A program made the position numbers and the translations under genes. A DNA stretch of 64,000 nt from Mobula hypostoma. Lineage: Eukaryota. The notes beneath the pieces were generated by a model that saw only the letters and a program-made list of their open reading frames with translations, searched no databases and was not told the origin of the DNA. Positions 11,300 through 23,714 of the stretch are shown piece by piece; positions within the stretch are counted from its first letter, which is position 1; each line of letters begins with the position of its first letter. The stretch lies in the NCBI RefSeq assembly GCF_963921235.1, contig NC_086119.1, forward strand, positions 19,096,001 to 19,160,000. Reading direction: 5' to 3'.

Positions 11300-11625
11300 A
11301 AACTCTGATCTCAAACCTATGCTGCCTTGCGGCTATTTCCACTCATGGGGAAAGCTTAGGGAGTAAACCCCTGGGAAAAAGGCAGAGCTGGAGTCCATAA
11401 TGCAGTCCAATTTTAGTTCAATGCTGACTGGCATCTCCTGCGATACCACTGGTGTGGAACAGTATCGGTCCCTGACGTTCCTTTGAAATCATCAGCTGCT
11501 TGGAGAGTGGAGCCTGCTACATGAGCAACAGCTTTCTCTCCATATTGTACTGCCCTGGCTTGTGATTCACGTAGTTAACAGGGACACAATATTCATGCAT
11601 GACCACGACCAACAGAGGGCCACAA
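11300..11625 (+). mobile_element. RTE-derived non-autonomous element, 5' truncated (family shared with 26957-27475)
   Basis: aaactctgatctcaaacct..gctgccttgcggcta..catggggaa is an RTE 5'UTR-like motif; homologous to 27170-27475. Confidence 0.7.
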
Positions 11626-11670
11626 ATATGTAAGAAGTGTGGGATTGGCATACATCATTACACCACGTGT

Positions 11671-11893
11671 GGGCACGTGGCCAAGTGGTTAAGGCATTCG
11701 TCTAGTGATCTCAAGGTCGCTAGTTCGAGCCTCAGCTGTGGCAACGTGTTTGTGTCCTTGAGCACTTAATCACACATTGCTCTAGTGTCTGTGCGAGGAG
11801 TGGTGCCCCACACAGACTTCCAATCTGCGCCTTGTAAGGCATAAAAATGCCTGATGCAGGCCTCTCATGGTCTGAGTCGACGTTCCCTCCCCG
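11671..11893 (+). mobile_element. tRNA-derived SINE
   Basis: A box tggccaagtgg, B box gttcgagcc, core gtgtccttgagca. Confidence 0.8.
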
Positions 11894-11967
11894 TCCCACA
11901 TTAGACCACCATGTGATGTGCCTGTACCTCATTAAAAGAAAAGAGCAAGAGAAACGAAATGGACAAA

Positions 11968-12780
11968 TAGTCATAGTCATACTTTATTGATCCCAGGGGG
12001 AAATTGGTTTTCGTTACAGTTGCATCATAAATAATAAATAGTAATAGAAATATTAATAGAACCATAAATAGTTAAATAGTAATATGTAAATTATGCCAGT
12101 AAATTATGAAATAAGTCCAGGGCCGGCCTATTGGCTCAGGGTGTCTGACCCTCCAAGGGAGGAGTTGTAAAATTTGATGGCCACAGGCAGGAATGACTTC
12201 CTATGACGCTCTGTGCTGCATCTCAGTGGAATGAGTCTCTGGCTGAATGTACTCCTGTGCCCACCCAGTACATTATGTAGTGGATGGGAGACATTGTCCA
12301 AGATGGCATGCAACTTAGACAGCATCCTCTTTTCAGACACCATCGTGAGAGAGTCCAGTTCCATCCCCCACAACATCACTGGCCTTACGAATAAGTTTGT
12401 TGATTCTGTTGGTGTCTGCTACCCTCAGCCTGCTGCCCCAGCACACAACGGCAAACATGATAGCACAGACTCATAGAACATCCTCAGCATCGTCCGGCAG
12501 ATGTTAAAGGACCTCAGTCTCCTCAGGAAATAGAGACGGTTCTGGCCTTTCTTGTAGACAGCCTCAGTGTTCTTTGACCAGTCCAGTTTATTGTCAATTC
12601 GTATCCCCAGGTATTTGTAATCCTCCACCATGTCCACACTGACCCCCTAGATGGAAACAGGGGTCACCGGTACCTTAGCTCTCCTCAGGTCTACCACCAG
12701 CTCCTCAGTCTTTTTCACATTAAGCTGCAGATAATTCTGCTCACACCATGTGACAAAGTTTCCTACAGTAGCCCTGTACT
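11968..12780 (-). mobile_element. Rex1/Babar LINE 3' fragment, relatively young
   Basis: YKYLGIRIDNKLDWSKNT..RLYFLRRLRSF; SHPLH..RCSTERHRKSFLPVAI; (ctatga)n tail. Confidence 0.92.
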
Positions 12781-13759
12781 CGACCCAGCTCTTGTGTTTT
12801 TCTTTCGATTAGTCCCTGGAGTTAGAAAACATAACACTGGTGAGAGCCCTCAGGTGTTGGCAGATATTCCAGTGTCGTTGTAGCAAGTCCACAATGCTCA
12901 GCAGAACAAGACAAGCAACAACAGCAGAAGAACGAAACAAGACAACCACGGCAAGACAAACCACTTTTCAACCCTTCCACTCAGCCTCCCTACCATACAC
13001 ACACAAAGATGTAAAACTGTTGTGTGAATGCTGTTTTATTTTCCTTTATAGTCAATTAAACAGGAGACAATTCAAATTAAGATATTCTTGTAACAGAATT
13101 GCAGTCCACGTTATGTCCAAGACTGATATCTATCATGAATCAATTCATAGTGCCCACACAGACTTAATAACAATATGGATTATACCTCTGTACAGCATCG
13201 GTTCTTTCATTGTTCATTGTAAAGAATTCTAAAAATGTTATAAATTTACCAAGGGGGTAATGCAATGAAATGGTCATTAAATGAAACGTCCAAGAAGAAA
13301 TCCGGAGGCCCAGACCGCAACCTATATTGGGCTTTGGCAATGAATGAAATGGGCTCAGAGAGCTGCAGATAGCTGCTGGGCTTCACCAGGCAGTACGATA
13401 GCTCTGAACTTCAGCTTCCTGTCCTACCAACAGCAATCACAGAGCAGTTTCATGGAGCAAAGGGTGGGCTCTGCAGTCAGGATGAAGGGAGGTGAAGTGC
13501 AGGGTGACTGGAAAAGCACAATCGACTCGCAGCAGTGGGACAAAGTGGAAACAATGATTAGGTGGGAGTTCTACTCAGCAGGGTGTAAGGGTGACTATGA
13601 ATATAATGGGCCCTGGTTTAAAGTGTGGTTGTAATGTGGGAAAGGGAAAAGAACCCTTGCCAGTGCATGTCTTTTATAAATTATCTCAACTGCCGCAGAT
13701 ATTTTGAGGCATTGTGCAGCTGACTAGCCAGTGATAAGTGCAGGCAAGCCAACCTAACG

Positions 13760-14240
13760 TTCAAAGTTCAAAGTAAATTTTATAATCAAAGTACACAAAT
13801 GTCACCATTTACAAGCCTGAGATTCATTTTCCTTTTCCTGTGGGCATAGCAAATTTATAGAATAATAACTAACAAGATCAATGAAAGATCAACTAGAGTA
13901 CAGAAGACAACGAACTGTGCTAATGGAAATATAAATAGATAGTAATAAATAATGAGAACATGAAATAACAAGATAAAGTGTCCTTAAAGTGAGATCATTG
14001 GTTGTGGGAACATCTCAATGGATGGGCAATAGGGTGTAGTTATCCCCTTTGTTCAAGAGCCTGATGGTTGTAGGGTAGTAACTGTTCTTGAACCTGCTGA
14101 TGTGAGTACTGAGGCTCTCGTACCTGCTACCTGATGGCAGCAATGAGAAAAGAGCATAGCTTAGGTGGTGGGGATCTTTGATGATGGACGTTGCTTTCCT
14201 ACAACTGCATTTCGTGTGGATGTGCTCAATAGCTTTACCC
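13760..14240 (-). mobile_element. Rex1/Babar LINE 3' fragment
   Basis: SIIKDPHHLSYALFSLLPSGSRY..RFKNSYYP; aagttcaaagtaaat tail. Confidence 0.85.
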
Positions 14241-14249
14241 ATAACATCA

Positions 14250-15418
14250 TATGGCCATAAAATATAGGAGCAAAATTAGGCCATTTCGCCCATCAAATTA
14301 GCTCCACCATTTCATCATGGCTAGTCCAACTTTCCTCTCAGCCCCAATCTCCTTCCTTCTCCCCATACCCCTTCATGCCATGACCAATCAAGAATCTATC
14401 AACCTCTGCCTTAAATATACATAAAGACTTGGCCTCCACAGTTGACTGTGGCAAAGAATTCCACAGAATAACTACACTCTAGCTAAAGAAATTCCTTCTC
14501 ATCTCCACTATAAAATGATGCCCCTCTATTCTGAGGCTGTGTCCTCTGGTCTTAGACTCTCCCATCATAGGAAACATCCTCTCCACATCCTCTCTATCAA
14601 GGCCTTTCACCATTTGATAGGTTTCAATGAAGTAATACTTAATTCTGCTGAACTCTAGTGAATACAGGCCCAGAGCCATCAAACACTCTTCATATCACAA
14701 GCCATTCAATCATGGAATCATTTCCGTGAACCTGCTTTGAGCCCTCTCCAGTTTAAGCACATCCTTTCTCAGATAAGGGCACAAACCCGCTCACAATACC
14801 CCAAGTGAGGCCTCACTAGTGCTTTATAAAGTCTCTACATTACATCCTTGCTTTTATATTCTAGTCCTTTTGAAATGAATGCTAACATTGCATTTGCCTT
14901 CCTCTCCACAGGCTCAACCTTGCATATTAACCTTTTGGGAATCCTGTTCAAGGTCTCCCTAGTCCCTTTGCTCCACAGTTTTTTTTTGTAATTTCCCTCC
15001 ATTTAGAAAATAGCCAACCCTTTCACTTCTTCTACCAAAGTGCATGACCATACACTTTCCAACACTATTCCATCTGTCATTTCTTTTCCCATTCTCCTAA
15101 TCTGTCTAAGTCCTTCTGTAGCCTCTCTACTTCCTCAAAACTACCTGCCCCTCCACTTGTTTTCATATCGTCTGCAAACGTTGCAACAAAGCCATCAATT
15201 CCATCATCCAAATCATTGACATATAGCATAAAAAGAATTGGTCCCAGCATAGACCCCTGTGGAACACCACTAGGCAGCCAGGAAAAGGCTTCCTTTATTC
15301 CCACTCTTTAGACCAAAAGACCATAAGACATAGGAGCAGAATTAGGCTATTCAGCTCTGCCACTCCATTGAGTCTGCTCTGCTATTCCATCACGGCTGAT
15401 CCCAGATCCCATTTAACT
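14250..15418 (-). mobile_element. CR1 LINE (RT to 3' end) plus an adjacent CR1 tail fragment
   Basis: SGVPQGSMLGPILF..FADDMK; LGLYSLEF..TRGHSLRI. Confidence 0.92.
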
Positions 15419-15516
15419 CAAACAACAGGAATTCTGCAGATGCTGGAAATTCAAGCAACACACATCAAAGTTGCTGGTGAACGCAGCAGGCCAGGCAGCA
15501 TCTCTAGGAAGAGGTA

Positions 15517-15554
15517 CCGTCGATGTTTCAGGCCGGGACCCTTCGTCAGGACTA
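15517..15554 (-). ncRNA. Minimal type-I hammerhead ribozyme in pLTR (AUC triplet)
   Basis: Minus strand: uaguc CUGACGA agggucccggccu GAAAC AUC gacgg. Confidence 0.7.
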
Positions 15555-16256
15555 ACTGAAGGAAGAGTTAGTAAGCGATTTGAAAGTGGAAGGGGGAGGG
15601 GGAGATTCAAAATGATAGGAGAAGACAGGAGGGGGAGGGATGGAGCCAAGAGCTGGGCAGGTGATTGGCAAAGGGGATATGAGAGGATCATGGGACAGGA
15701 GGCCCAGGGAGAAAGACAAGGTGGGGGGGATCCCAGAGGATGGGCAAGAGGTACAGTCAGAGGGACAGAGGGAGAAAAAGGAGAGTGAGAGAAAGAATGT
15801 GTGTATAAAAATAAATACAAATAACGGATGGGGTACGAGGGGGAGGTGGGGCATTAGCGGAAGTTAGAGAAGTCAACGTTTATGCCATCAGGTTGGAGGC
15901 TACCCAGACGGAATATAAGGTGTTGGTCCTCCATCCTGAGTGTGGCTTCATCTTTACAGTAGAGGAGGCTGTGGATAGACATGTCAGAATAGGAATGGGA
16001 TGTGGAATTAAAATGTGTGGCCACTGGGAGATCCTGCTTTCTCTGGCGGACAGAGCATAGGTGTTCAGCAAAGCGGTCTGGCCACCAGGAATAGGGTTCC
16101 CCTGGTCCTCACCTACCACCCCACCAGCCTCCGGGTCCAACATATTATTCTCCGTAACTTCCGCCACCTCCAACGGGATCCCACCACTAAGCACATCTTT
16201 CCCTCCCCACCCCTGCTTTCCGCAGGGATCGTTCCCTACACAACTCCCTTGTCCAT

Positions 16257-16635
16257 TTGTCCCCCCCATCCCTCCCCACTGATCTCCCTCCTGGCACTTA
16301 TCCTTGTAAGCGGAACAAGTGCTACACATGCCCTTACACTTCCTCCCTTACCACCATTCAGGGCCCCAGACAGTCCTTCCAGGTGAGGCGACACTTCACC
16401 TGTGAGTTGGCTGGGGTGATATACTGCGTCCGGTGCTCCCGATGTGACCTTCTATATATTGACGAGACCCGACGCAGACTGGGAGACCGCTTTGCTGAAC
16501 ACCTACGCTCTGTCTGCCAGAGAAAGCAGGATCTCCCAGTGGCCACACATTTTAATTCCACATCGCATTCCCATTCTGACATGTCTATCCACGGCCTCCT
16601 CTACTGTAGAGATGAAGCCACACTCAGGTTGGAGG
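16257..16635 (+). pseudogene. PLE GIY-YIG endonuclease fragment with Cys-rich linker
   Basis: CKRNKCYTC..GVIYCVRCSRCDLLYIDETRRRLGDRFAEH..VATHF. Confidence 0.9.
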
Positions 16636-16929
16636 TTTGGCCCACAACGGTGATATTATCAGCAAACCTGACGTGGTATTGGAGCTGGGTTTAGCCACAC
16701 ATTCGTAGATGTAAAATATTGCATAGAAGCTTTGAGCTAGTATCTAGGCATTTACTGTATAAGGCTGGATACTTTTGTATCATAGCCTTGAACCCTGATA
16801 TTCTTTGCCTCCACCATATGATAAGAGGTTTATTATGAATTCACAAAAGTATACACCACCCAGACTTCTCAGCCAACTGGTTATCTTCTGAAAATATCCA
16901 CTCAGTGTCATGAATATTGGACCAGAGTG

Positions 16930-17558
16930 AATACTTTAATGACATTGATGGATCCTTCACTTCCTCATTGGGAGACCACAGTCAGTGTGGATCAGAAATA
17001 GTGTCTCCTCCTTGTTGACAATCAGCACAAGTACCTCAAAGATTCGTGCCTAGTCCACTGCTCTACTCTCTCAACACTCATGACTCTGTGCCAGGCACAG
17101 CTCAAGTGCCATCTATAAATTCGCTGTTGGCACTGTTCTTTTGGCAGAATCTCAGCTGGTGGCGAGGAGGCGTACAGGAGTGAGAGGGAACAGCTGGTTG
17201 AGTGGTGTCACAACAACAACACGGCTCTCGTCTGTAAGACCAAGGAGCGGCACGAGATTGGTAAAAGCTGCAGAGAGTTATAAACTCAGCCATTTCCATC
17301 ATGGGTAGCAACCTTTCCAGCATCGAGGGCATCTTTAAAAGGCGGCATCCAACATTAAGGATATCACTGCCTTGGACATCCCCTCTTCTCATTGCTACCA
17401 TCAGGGAGGAGGTACAGAAGCTCAAAGACACACACAAAATGTTCTAAGGCAGCTTCTTCTCCTCCGCCATCAGATTTCTGAATGGACCATGAACCCATGA
17501 ACACTACCTCACTATTATTGCTCTCATTATAAAATGTTTAATATATATTTCTTATGAT
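16930..17558 (+). mobile_element. Rex1/Babar LINE fragment
   Basis: Degenerate RT and tail homologous to 35350-36435. Confidence 0.75.
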
Positions 17559-17559
17559 A

Positions 17560-17848
17560 CTGTAATAATCAACAAACTATTTGTTTGGAATCAAATGACC
17601 TTGCCTGGTGTCTCGGGTCTGGGTGTGTCTGCACCCGTGTCACCCACCCACCCCTCCCCGAGCACTCCTTTTCTGCCACCTGTCCCACAGCCCTCCCGCA
17701 GCGCTCTGCCCTCGCCATTCCCAATACCCTTTGCTCCTGTCAGATTGACAAACTCGCTCTCCGCTCCATGTTGACAAATACAGTACTGTGCAAAAGTCTT
17801 AGGCACCCTAGCTGTACATATGCGCCTAAGACTTGTGAACAGTGCTGC
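17560..17848 (+). mobile_element. Family X repeat fused to a Tc1-type mini-MITE (17779-17848)
   Basis: TIR tacagtactgtgcaaaagtcttaggcac ... gcctaagacttgtgaacagtgctg. Confidence 0.75.
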
Positions 17849-18177
17849 ATGTGACAATAAACTAGTCCGAACCTGAGTGGAATTGTACTCAGAAACAAAA
17901 GGGGCATCCACTGACACCTCCAGTATATACAACTGTAACCATAATAAAGGTGCTGAAATTCCGGACGAGCTTTCACCAGATCTATAGACCAGTAATTTTA
18001 TTCTGTGTGAGTGCAAAGGCGACTTTATACTTTAAACTCGTGCCAACCCATTTTGTTAAAATTACTGAGAATGGAAATATTACCCCTATCGATCTTCATG
18101 CCTTGGAGCCTCATTCACTTAACAGTATAATAACAACAGGGCTTCAAGATATATGGGATGTACTGGTTAAGGATGAA

Positions 18178-18490
18178 AGATTAACTTTATTTGTCACATG
18201 TACATCAAAACATGCAATGAAATGCGTCGTGTCAAATCACGTCAGTGAGGATTGTGTTGGGCAGCCCACAAGTGTTGCCACACTTCCAGCGCCAACATAA
18301 CTTGTCCACAACTCACTAACCCTAACCGTATGTCTTTGGAATGTAGGAGGAAACCAGAGCACCCAGAGGAAATCTACTTGTTCATGGGGAAACCAAACAA
18401 TCTCCTTATAGTCAGCAGCAGGAGTCAAACTCCAATCTTTCAGCTGGCACTGTAAATCTTTGCACTAACTGCTGCATTACCATGCTGCCC
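18178..18490 (-). mobile_element. V-SINE (HE1-like)
   Basis: V-domain gggtgctctggtttcctcctacattccaaagac on the minus strand, tRNA head. Confidence 0.85.
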
Positions 18491-19049
18491 CAAGTACAGG
18501 GTCTTCTCATACAGAACAGCAATATACTGTAGGTTCTTGGCAAAGCCCAGTCCAGTCCTGGGAAACAGCTCAGCTTAAGTGCAGAACTGCTTGTCAAAGC
18601 AATGTTATAATAGCAGGTGGCACAATAGTTTGTAACTGAGTTGGAAACTTGAAAAGAACACCTCTGTTCTACAGTTTGCACGTTATAAGTGTCAATCATC
18701 TTTGTTCCTGCCTGACCAAGGGCAGAGTTAGTTATAAATCATGTGTTAATGAACTTGAACTTTAGATGTTACAGCAAAGTCTGATATTCTCTGGAGAATG
18801 TTTCCCTACAGTGTAAAACATGAAAATTGGCTGAATCTGGGGAACTGGTGAGGCTGGAATGTGATAAAATTGGATAATAGCAATAGTATGTTGAAGAGCT
18901 ATGGTTTTCAATGCTCCAAGGTCTCAATTTGAAAGTGAACTAAATAAATGGGCAGAGCTTGTGTATGTACATTCTTGATGGTCAATATTGTCCTTGTGCT
19001 CAGGAGGCTTTGACTGAGCTAGCAGCTCCTGCTTTGGTCAAGCTTAAGG

Positions 19050-19128
19050 AAGGGGTTCCCATCTGGGGTTCACAGACGCCTCGGTTAATGGTAGGACCCT
19101 GTGGCATAAAAAAGGAGGTGAACCCCTG
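19050..19128. mobile_element. hAT (Charlie-type) MITE
   Basis: TIR (c)aggggttccc...aacccctg; 8-bp TSD gcttaagg/ccttaagg. Confidence 0.8.
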
Positions 19129-19160
19129 CCTTAAGGAGTCTTCCTGCTTTAAAGATACAG

Positions 19161-19514
19161 AGATTAGCTTTATTTTTCACGTGTACATCAAAACATACAG
19201 TGAAATGCGTCGTTTGTGTCAAATTAAGTCAGCGAGGGTTGTGCTGGGCAGCCCACAAGTATCGCCAGGCTTCTGACACAAAGGTAGTTTGCCCACAACT
19301 CACTGGCCCTGAGAGAATCAGAATCAGGATTAATATCACCAGCATATGCCATGAACTTTGTTGTCTGTACATCTTTGGAACGTGGGAGGAAACCAGAGCA
19401 CCTGGAGGTTATGGGGAACACATACAAATTCTATACAGGTCGCGGCAGAAATTGAAACCCGATCTTATGCTTGCGATGTCATAGCGTTACGTTAACCACT
19501 ACGCCAGCATGCCA
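19161..19514 (-). mobile_element. V-SINE (HE1-like)
   Basis: Homologous to 18178-18490. Confidence 0.8.
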
Positions 19515-19887
19515 TGGTCTATTTTGTGCTGTTGCAGACAGTACAATGAGTATATACTTGTCAATAATCCTTTCCCATGTTGCTGCATTTTAGGTTCAAA
19601 CTGAACAGTCTTGAAACTTATTAAATAACTGCTGCTAAATAAACACGTAATTCTGACTGGAGGCTGTCATTTTCACAGTTCTGTGGAAAAGCTTGAGCAT
19701 CTCAGTTTGGGAGGTGAAGGTATTAATACAGTGTTGATATAAGATTTTTCAGATCTTTACCTCAGGTGTAAATTGGCTTATATGGTATTGTGGAGAATTA
19801 CTGAAACGTATTTTATTTTAATCAGGCAGCAAAGTAACTATCACAGTGCAAGGACTGCAGAGGCTAGACATTATTTGTACTGACTCA

Positions 19888-20497
19888 TACACTTAGTGGC
19901 CACTTTATTAGGTACACCTGCACATTAATGCAAATATCTAATCAGCCAATCATGTGGCAGCGGCTCACTGCTTGAAAGCCTGCAGACATCGCCAACAGGT
20001 TCAGTTGCTGTTCAGGCCAAGTATCAGAATGGGGAAGAAATTTGATCTAAGTGACTTTGACTGTGGAATGATTGTTGGTGCCAGAGGAGGTGGTTGGAGT
20101 AACTCAGGAACTACTGATCTCCTGGGACTTTTACACACAATTGTCGAAAGAGCAGAGTTTCCCAACCTGGGGTCCACAAGCCTCTTGGTTAGTAGTAGGG
20201 GTCCATGACATAAAAAAGGTTGGGAACCCCTGCTCTGGAGTTTACAAAGAAAGGTGCGAAAAGCAGTGGGTGGCAGTTATGTGGGAGAAAATGCCTTGTA
20301 AATGAGAGAAGTCAGAGGAGACTGGCCGGACTGGTTCAAGCTGACAGTAACTCAAATAACCAGCTGTTACAACAACGATGTGCGGAAGAGCATCTCTGAA
20401 TGCACCACACATCGAATCTTGAAGTGGATGGGCCACACAGTAGTAGAAGATCACGAACATACACTCAGTGGCCACCTTAGTAAGTACAGGAGGTATC
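19888..20497 (+). mobile_element. Tc1 deletion derivative with a nested hAT MITE (~20153-20232)
   Basis: TIR tacac(t)tagtggccactttattaggtac; transposase N-terminus MGKKFDLSDFDCGMIVGAR..TDLLG; second TIR-like copy at ~20460. Confidence 0.85.
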
Positions 20498-20944
20498 CGT
20501 ATACACTGACAGGATTTGTGAGTCTGTGGGAGATCAGAAAAGAATGAAGGAAGAAATGTCAGAGGAAATGAAATGAGAAAGAAGTTGAAAGCAAATAAGC
20601 AGAAATTAATGGGGGCGGGATACAGCCCAGAAAACCGAAGGACAAGTGCAATGGTTCAAAGTCATGATTAATACTCCATCAGACACCACATGTTCATAAA
20701 ACGGTATAATATCAAATTAATTTTAATCTTAATTTGAAATTTTATTTCTACAATTTTGTATTTAGTTGAACATGAGCCTGTTATGCATATCAGCCGCAAG
20801 ATTTAAAGTGGTACGCTTAAGGGAAGCAAAGCGAGATATAGTCTTTGGGTGAAGCAGGACTGGGCTGGATCTGAGCAAAAGTTGTTAGCTGGATTCATGG
20901 GCAGTAGAGCTTTAAATGGTGCAGATAAAGTGCCACTGTCATAG

Positions 20945-21240
20945 TGGCTGAGGAGTTTGTGAGATGTATAATCACCAGCAGAACAACTGATTTAAAGGTA
21001 ACTTCTACAAACAAGACGGGAGAGCGTAAACCTGATTGGATGAGGGCTAACCAATCAAGAGGGATGAAATACAGGGCTATAAATACCACCCGGACTAGAC
21101 TTGCCCAGGCATCTTCCCTGATGAAGGTGGCAGAGTTTGTCATTGAAACTTTGGTTATAATCTACACCCGGACCTGGCTGGAACCCTGAGAAGAATTTAT
21201 TCGTCAAATACGCCAGGAAAGGACTAAATCCTTTTTTTAT
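20945..21240 (+). mobile_element. pLTR of a second PLE family with CCAAT, TATA and a hammerhead-like motif
   Basis: ccaat 21051, tataaata 21078, CTGATGA 21118-21124, GAAAC 21145-21149. Confidence 0.65.
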
Positions 21241-21351
21241 AACTTCTACACTTCAGTGGATAAGCATCTGAAATAAAAACAGAAAATGCTGGGAATATCA
21301 GTGGAATTATAAAGGAAAATAATGACAGAATTGAGTGGGAACACTATGGAT

Positions 21352-21702
21352 AAACATGAGAGATTCTGCAGATGCTAGAAATCTTGAGCAACACCCACAA
21401 AATAGTGGAGGAACTCAGCAAGTCAGGCGATATCTATGGAAGGCAATAAACAGACAAAGTTCTGAGCCAGGACCCTTCATCTGACCTGCTAATTTAACTT
21501 GACATTGCTGCCTTTGTTCATCTCTAATCTCCCACTGATTCACAAATTCAGTCACTGGGTATGACAAGGTAAATAGATCAGTCAGTACAACTGATGTCTA
21601 GACTTAATGATTGTGTGCAATGATTATATTCATCAGGAAAGATGAAGGTTCTCAGCCTAAAACATTGACTGGTTATTCTCCTCCATTGCTGCTGCCCGAC
21701 TT
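21352..21702. mobile_element. Older palindromic PLE mini-element with foreign DNA in the loop
   Basis: Minus arm 21352-21484, plus arm ~21630-21702, both with decayed hammerhead sequence. Confidence 0.7.
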
Positions 21703-21709
21703 TTGTCTG

Positions 21710-22205
21710 TATAAGACCATAAGACCATCAGATATAGGAGCAGAATTAGGCCATTTGGCCTATCGAGTCAGCTCCACCACTTCATCATGGCTGATCCAAA
21801 TTTCCTCTCAGCCCTAATCTCCTGCCTTCTCCCCATATCCCATCATGCCCTGATCAATCAAGAATTTATCAACCTCTGTTTTAAATATACTATACATAAA
21901 GACTTAGCCTCCATAGTTGCTTGTGGCAAAGAATTCCACAGATTCATCATCCTCTGGCTAAAGAAATTCCTCTTCCACTCCATTCTAAAAGGACGCTCCT
22001 TTACCCTGAGGCTGTGTCTTCTGGTCTTGGACTCTCCCATCATAGGAAACATTCTCAAGACATCCACTCTATCAAGGTCTTTCACCTTTCGATAGGTTTC
22101 AATGAGGTCACCCCTTATTCTCCTGAATTCTAGTGAATACAGGCCCAGAACCATCAAACACTTCATATGACAAGCCATTCAATCCTGGAATCATTTTCAT
22201 TAACA
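21710..22205 (-). mobile_element. CR1 LINE 3' fragment
   Basis: LGLYSLEFRRIRGDLIETY..NFFSQRMMNLWNSLPQ. Confidence 0.92.
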
Positions 22206-22509
22206 TGCTTGTAAATTACAAGGAACAAGGTCTTATGGATATGGAAAATGCACCAACGTAAAATTCCACAACATTTCTATATGTGTGCTGGTGGGAATAA
22301 TATTTTTTAAAAATGTGCAGCAAAATAACTCTTACAAGCAAGAATTACAAAGTCTAGACATTATTTGTACAGACTGGCCTATACATCTGGTCACATACCC
22401 AGTGACTGGATTTGTGAATCAGTGGGAGATTAGGGATGAATAAAGGCAGGAATGTCAAGATAAACTAGCAGGACAGGAGAAGAAAATAAACCATGAGGAA
22501 ATAAATTGT

Positions 22510-22830
22510 ATTCAAGATTCAAGATTTGAGTACATTTATTATCAAAGAATTATAATTATACAACCTTGAGATTTGTTTGCTTATAAGCAGCCACAAAGCA
22601 AGAAACCTGAAATAACCCAATTAAAGAAAAAAAAGAATAAAAATAAAAGGCCAACAGTTGACGTGCAGGAGAAAGAAAAAAAAATTACAAATCATGCAAA
22701 CCATTGAAGCGAACAACATTCTGAACCAAAACTGATTCCTCAGATCCAAACCCTGGAGTAGTCCAGAGTAGGCCCGAAGCCTCACTTATCAGTTTATTAT
22801 ATTAGTGGGCACAGAACACAGCAGCTGGTA
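22510..22830 (-). mobile_element. Rex1-tailed non-autonomous repeat
   Basis: attcaagattcaagatt..catttattatcaaag tail type. Confidence 0.5.
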
Positions 22831-23714
22831 TTACCATTCTTGGCATTACTATTCCTGAAGAGTTAAAATAAAACATTTTCACTATTCTGGCTGTCTTTAC
22901 ACTAAACCAACTATCCCGTACCTTTATGCATTGTCCCATCACACTGACAAATTGTGATTATCTCTTGCTTACTTTTACTTGACAAACTGCTAATGGCTCC
23001 TTGAGATTGGTAGTGGAGATTGCTGTGCTCTATTGCAAGCAATCTGATGTCCTGTTTAAATATGCTGTGTTCAGTCTTTTAAAGTAGATGCCAGTAAACA
23101 CAATGCAAGCAGTTTCCCACAAATGTGTGAAATATTCAGTATTACCATGCTTAGTTGAACCTATGCTTGGAAAATCTGATTTAGCATAAAGTGCCATCAA
23201 GCAGGCACTTTGTAAGGAAGAAAAACACACATTTGCTATTTACAACATGGATTTATTCATAAATTTTCTCAACAGGGACAGAGCATTCAAACATTTTCCT
23301 TCAGTTTTAATTGACATTGAAATTTGTTGGCACTGTGTCTACATTATAGACATAAAATAAATGCGTGGGGAACTAGTACAGTGTTGTCTGTCTCAACCTA
23401 AATCTGCGCTACAAATACTTTTACATCAAATTCCAAAGTTATTCACAAAGCTGATAATATTAAAATAAAGATCATATCTGTATTCTAAGAGTCATTTGTA
23501 AAGTTCCCGACTAACATTATGCATTTTAATTGATGTCGTTCTCCACTAAATCATGTTGCTGAGAAAAAATAATTAAAGATAAAATTTTTATGGCTCTAAT
23601 CTTCACATCGAACTTACTTTGATTTATTTCCTAGGAGATGGTTCACAGTGTGTGTTAAACTGTAGGCTTGAAAGTACAAAAGAAGAAATTACTTTTAGTT
23701 ATTTTTTGTATGTT

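Larger units (their letters stand above)
8445..11300 (+). mobile_element. Ty3/Gypsy LTR retrotransposon internal pol (RT-RNase H-integrase), pseudogenised
   Basis: SPWVTPVVLV..RICG-like (WICGEFK)..DQYPL..FSKVDL (RT); SFLGFVNY..RFLPNLAT; integrase LVSDNGPEF..SAPYHPA..VERFVQSLK; many stops and frameshifts. Confidence 0.93.
11626..12836 (+). mobile_element. Probable Gypsy 3' LTR remnant, split by a SINE (11671-11893) and a Rex1 (11968-12780)
   Basis: Lies downstream of the integrase; attaaa signal at ~11931; ends ..gttagaaaacataaca (CA). Confidence 0.5.
15419..16635. mobile_element. Young Neptune-type PLE: inverted pLTR/EN segment (minus, 15419-16079) joined to a plus-strand segment (16080-16635)
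   Basis: 15928-16079 is the reverse complement of ~16485-16635; pLTR carries a hammerhead; GIY-YIG ORF present. Confidence 0.9.

Noticed and set aside
11671-11745. tRNA gene (also 46850-46920)
   Set aside because: A and B boxes run straight into SINE bodies; no clean cloverleaf or acceptor stem.
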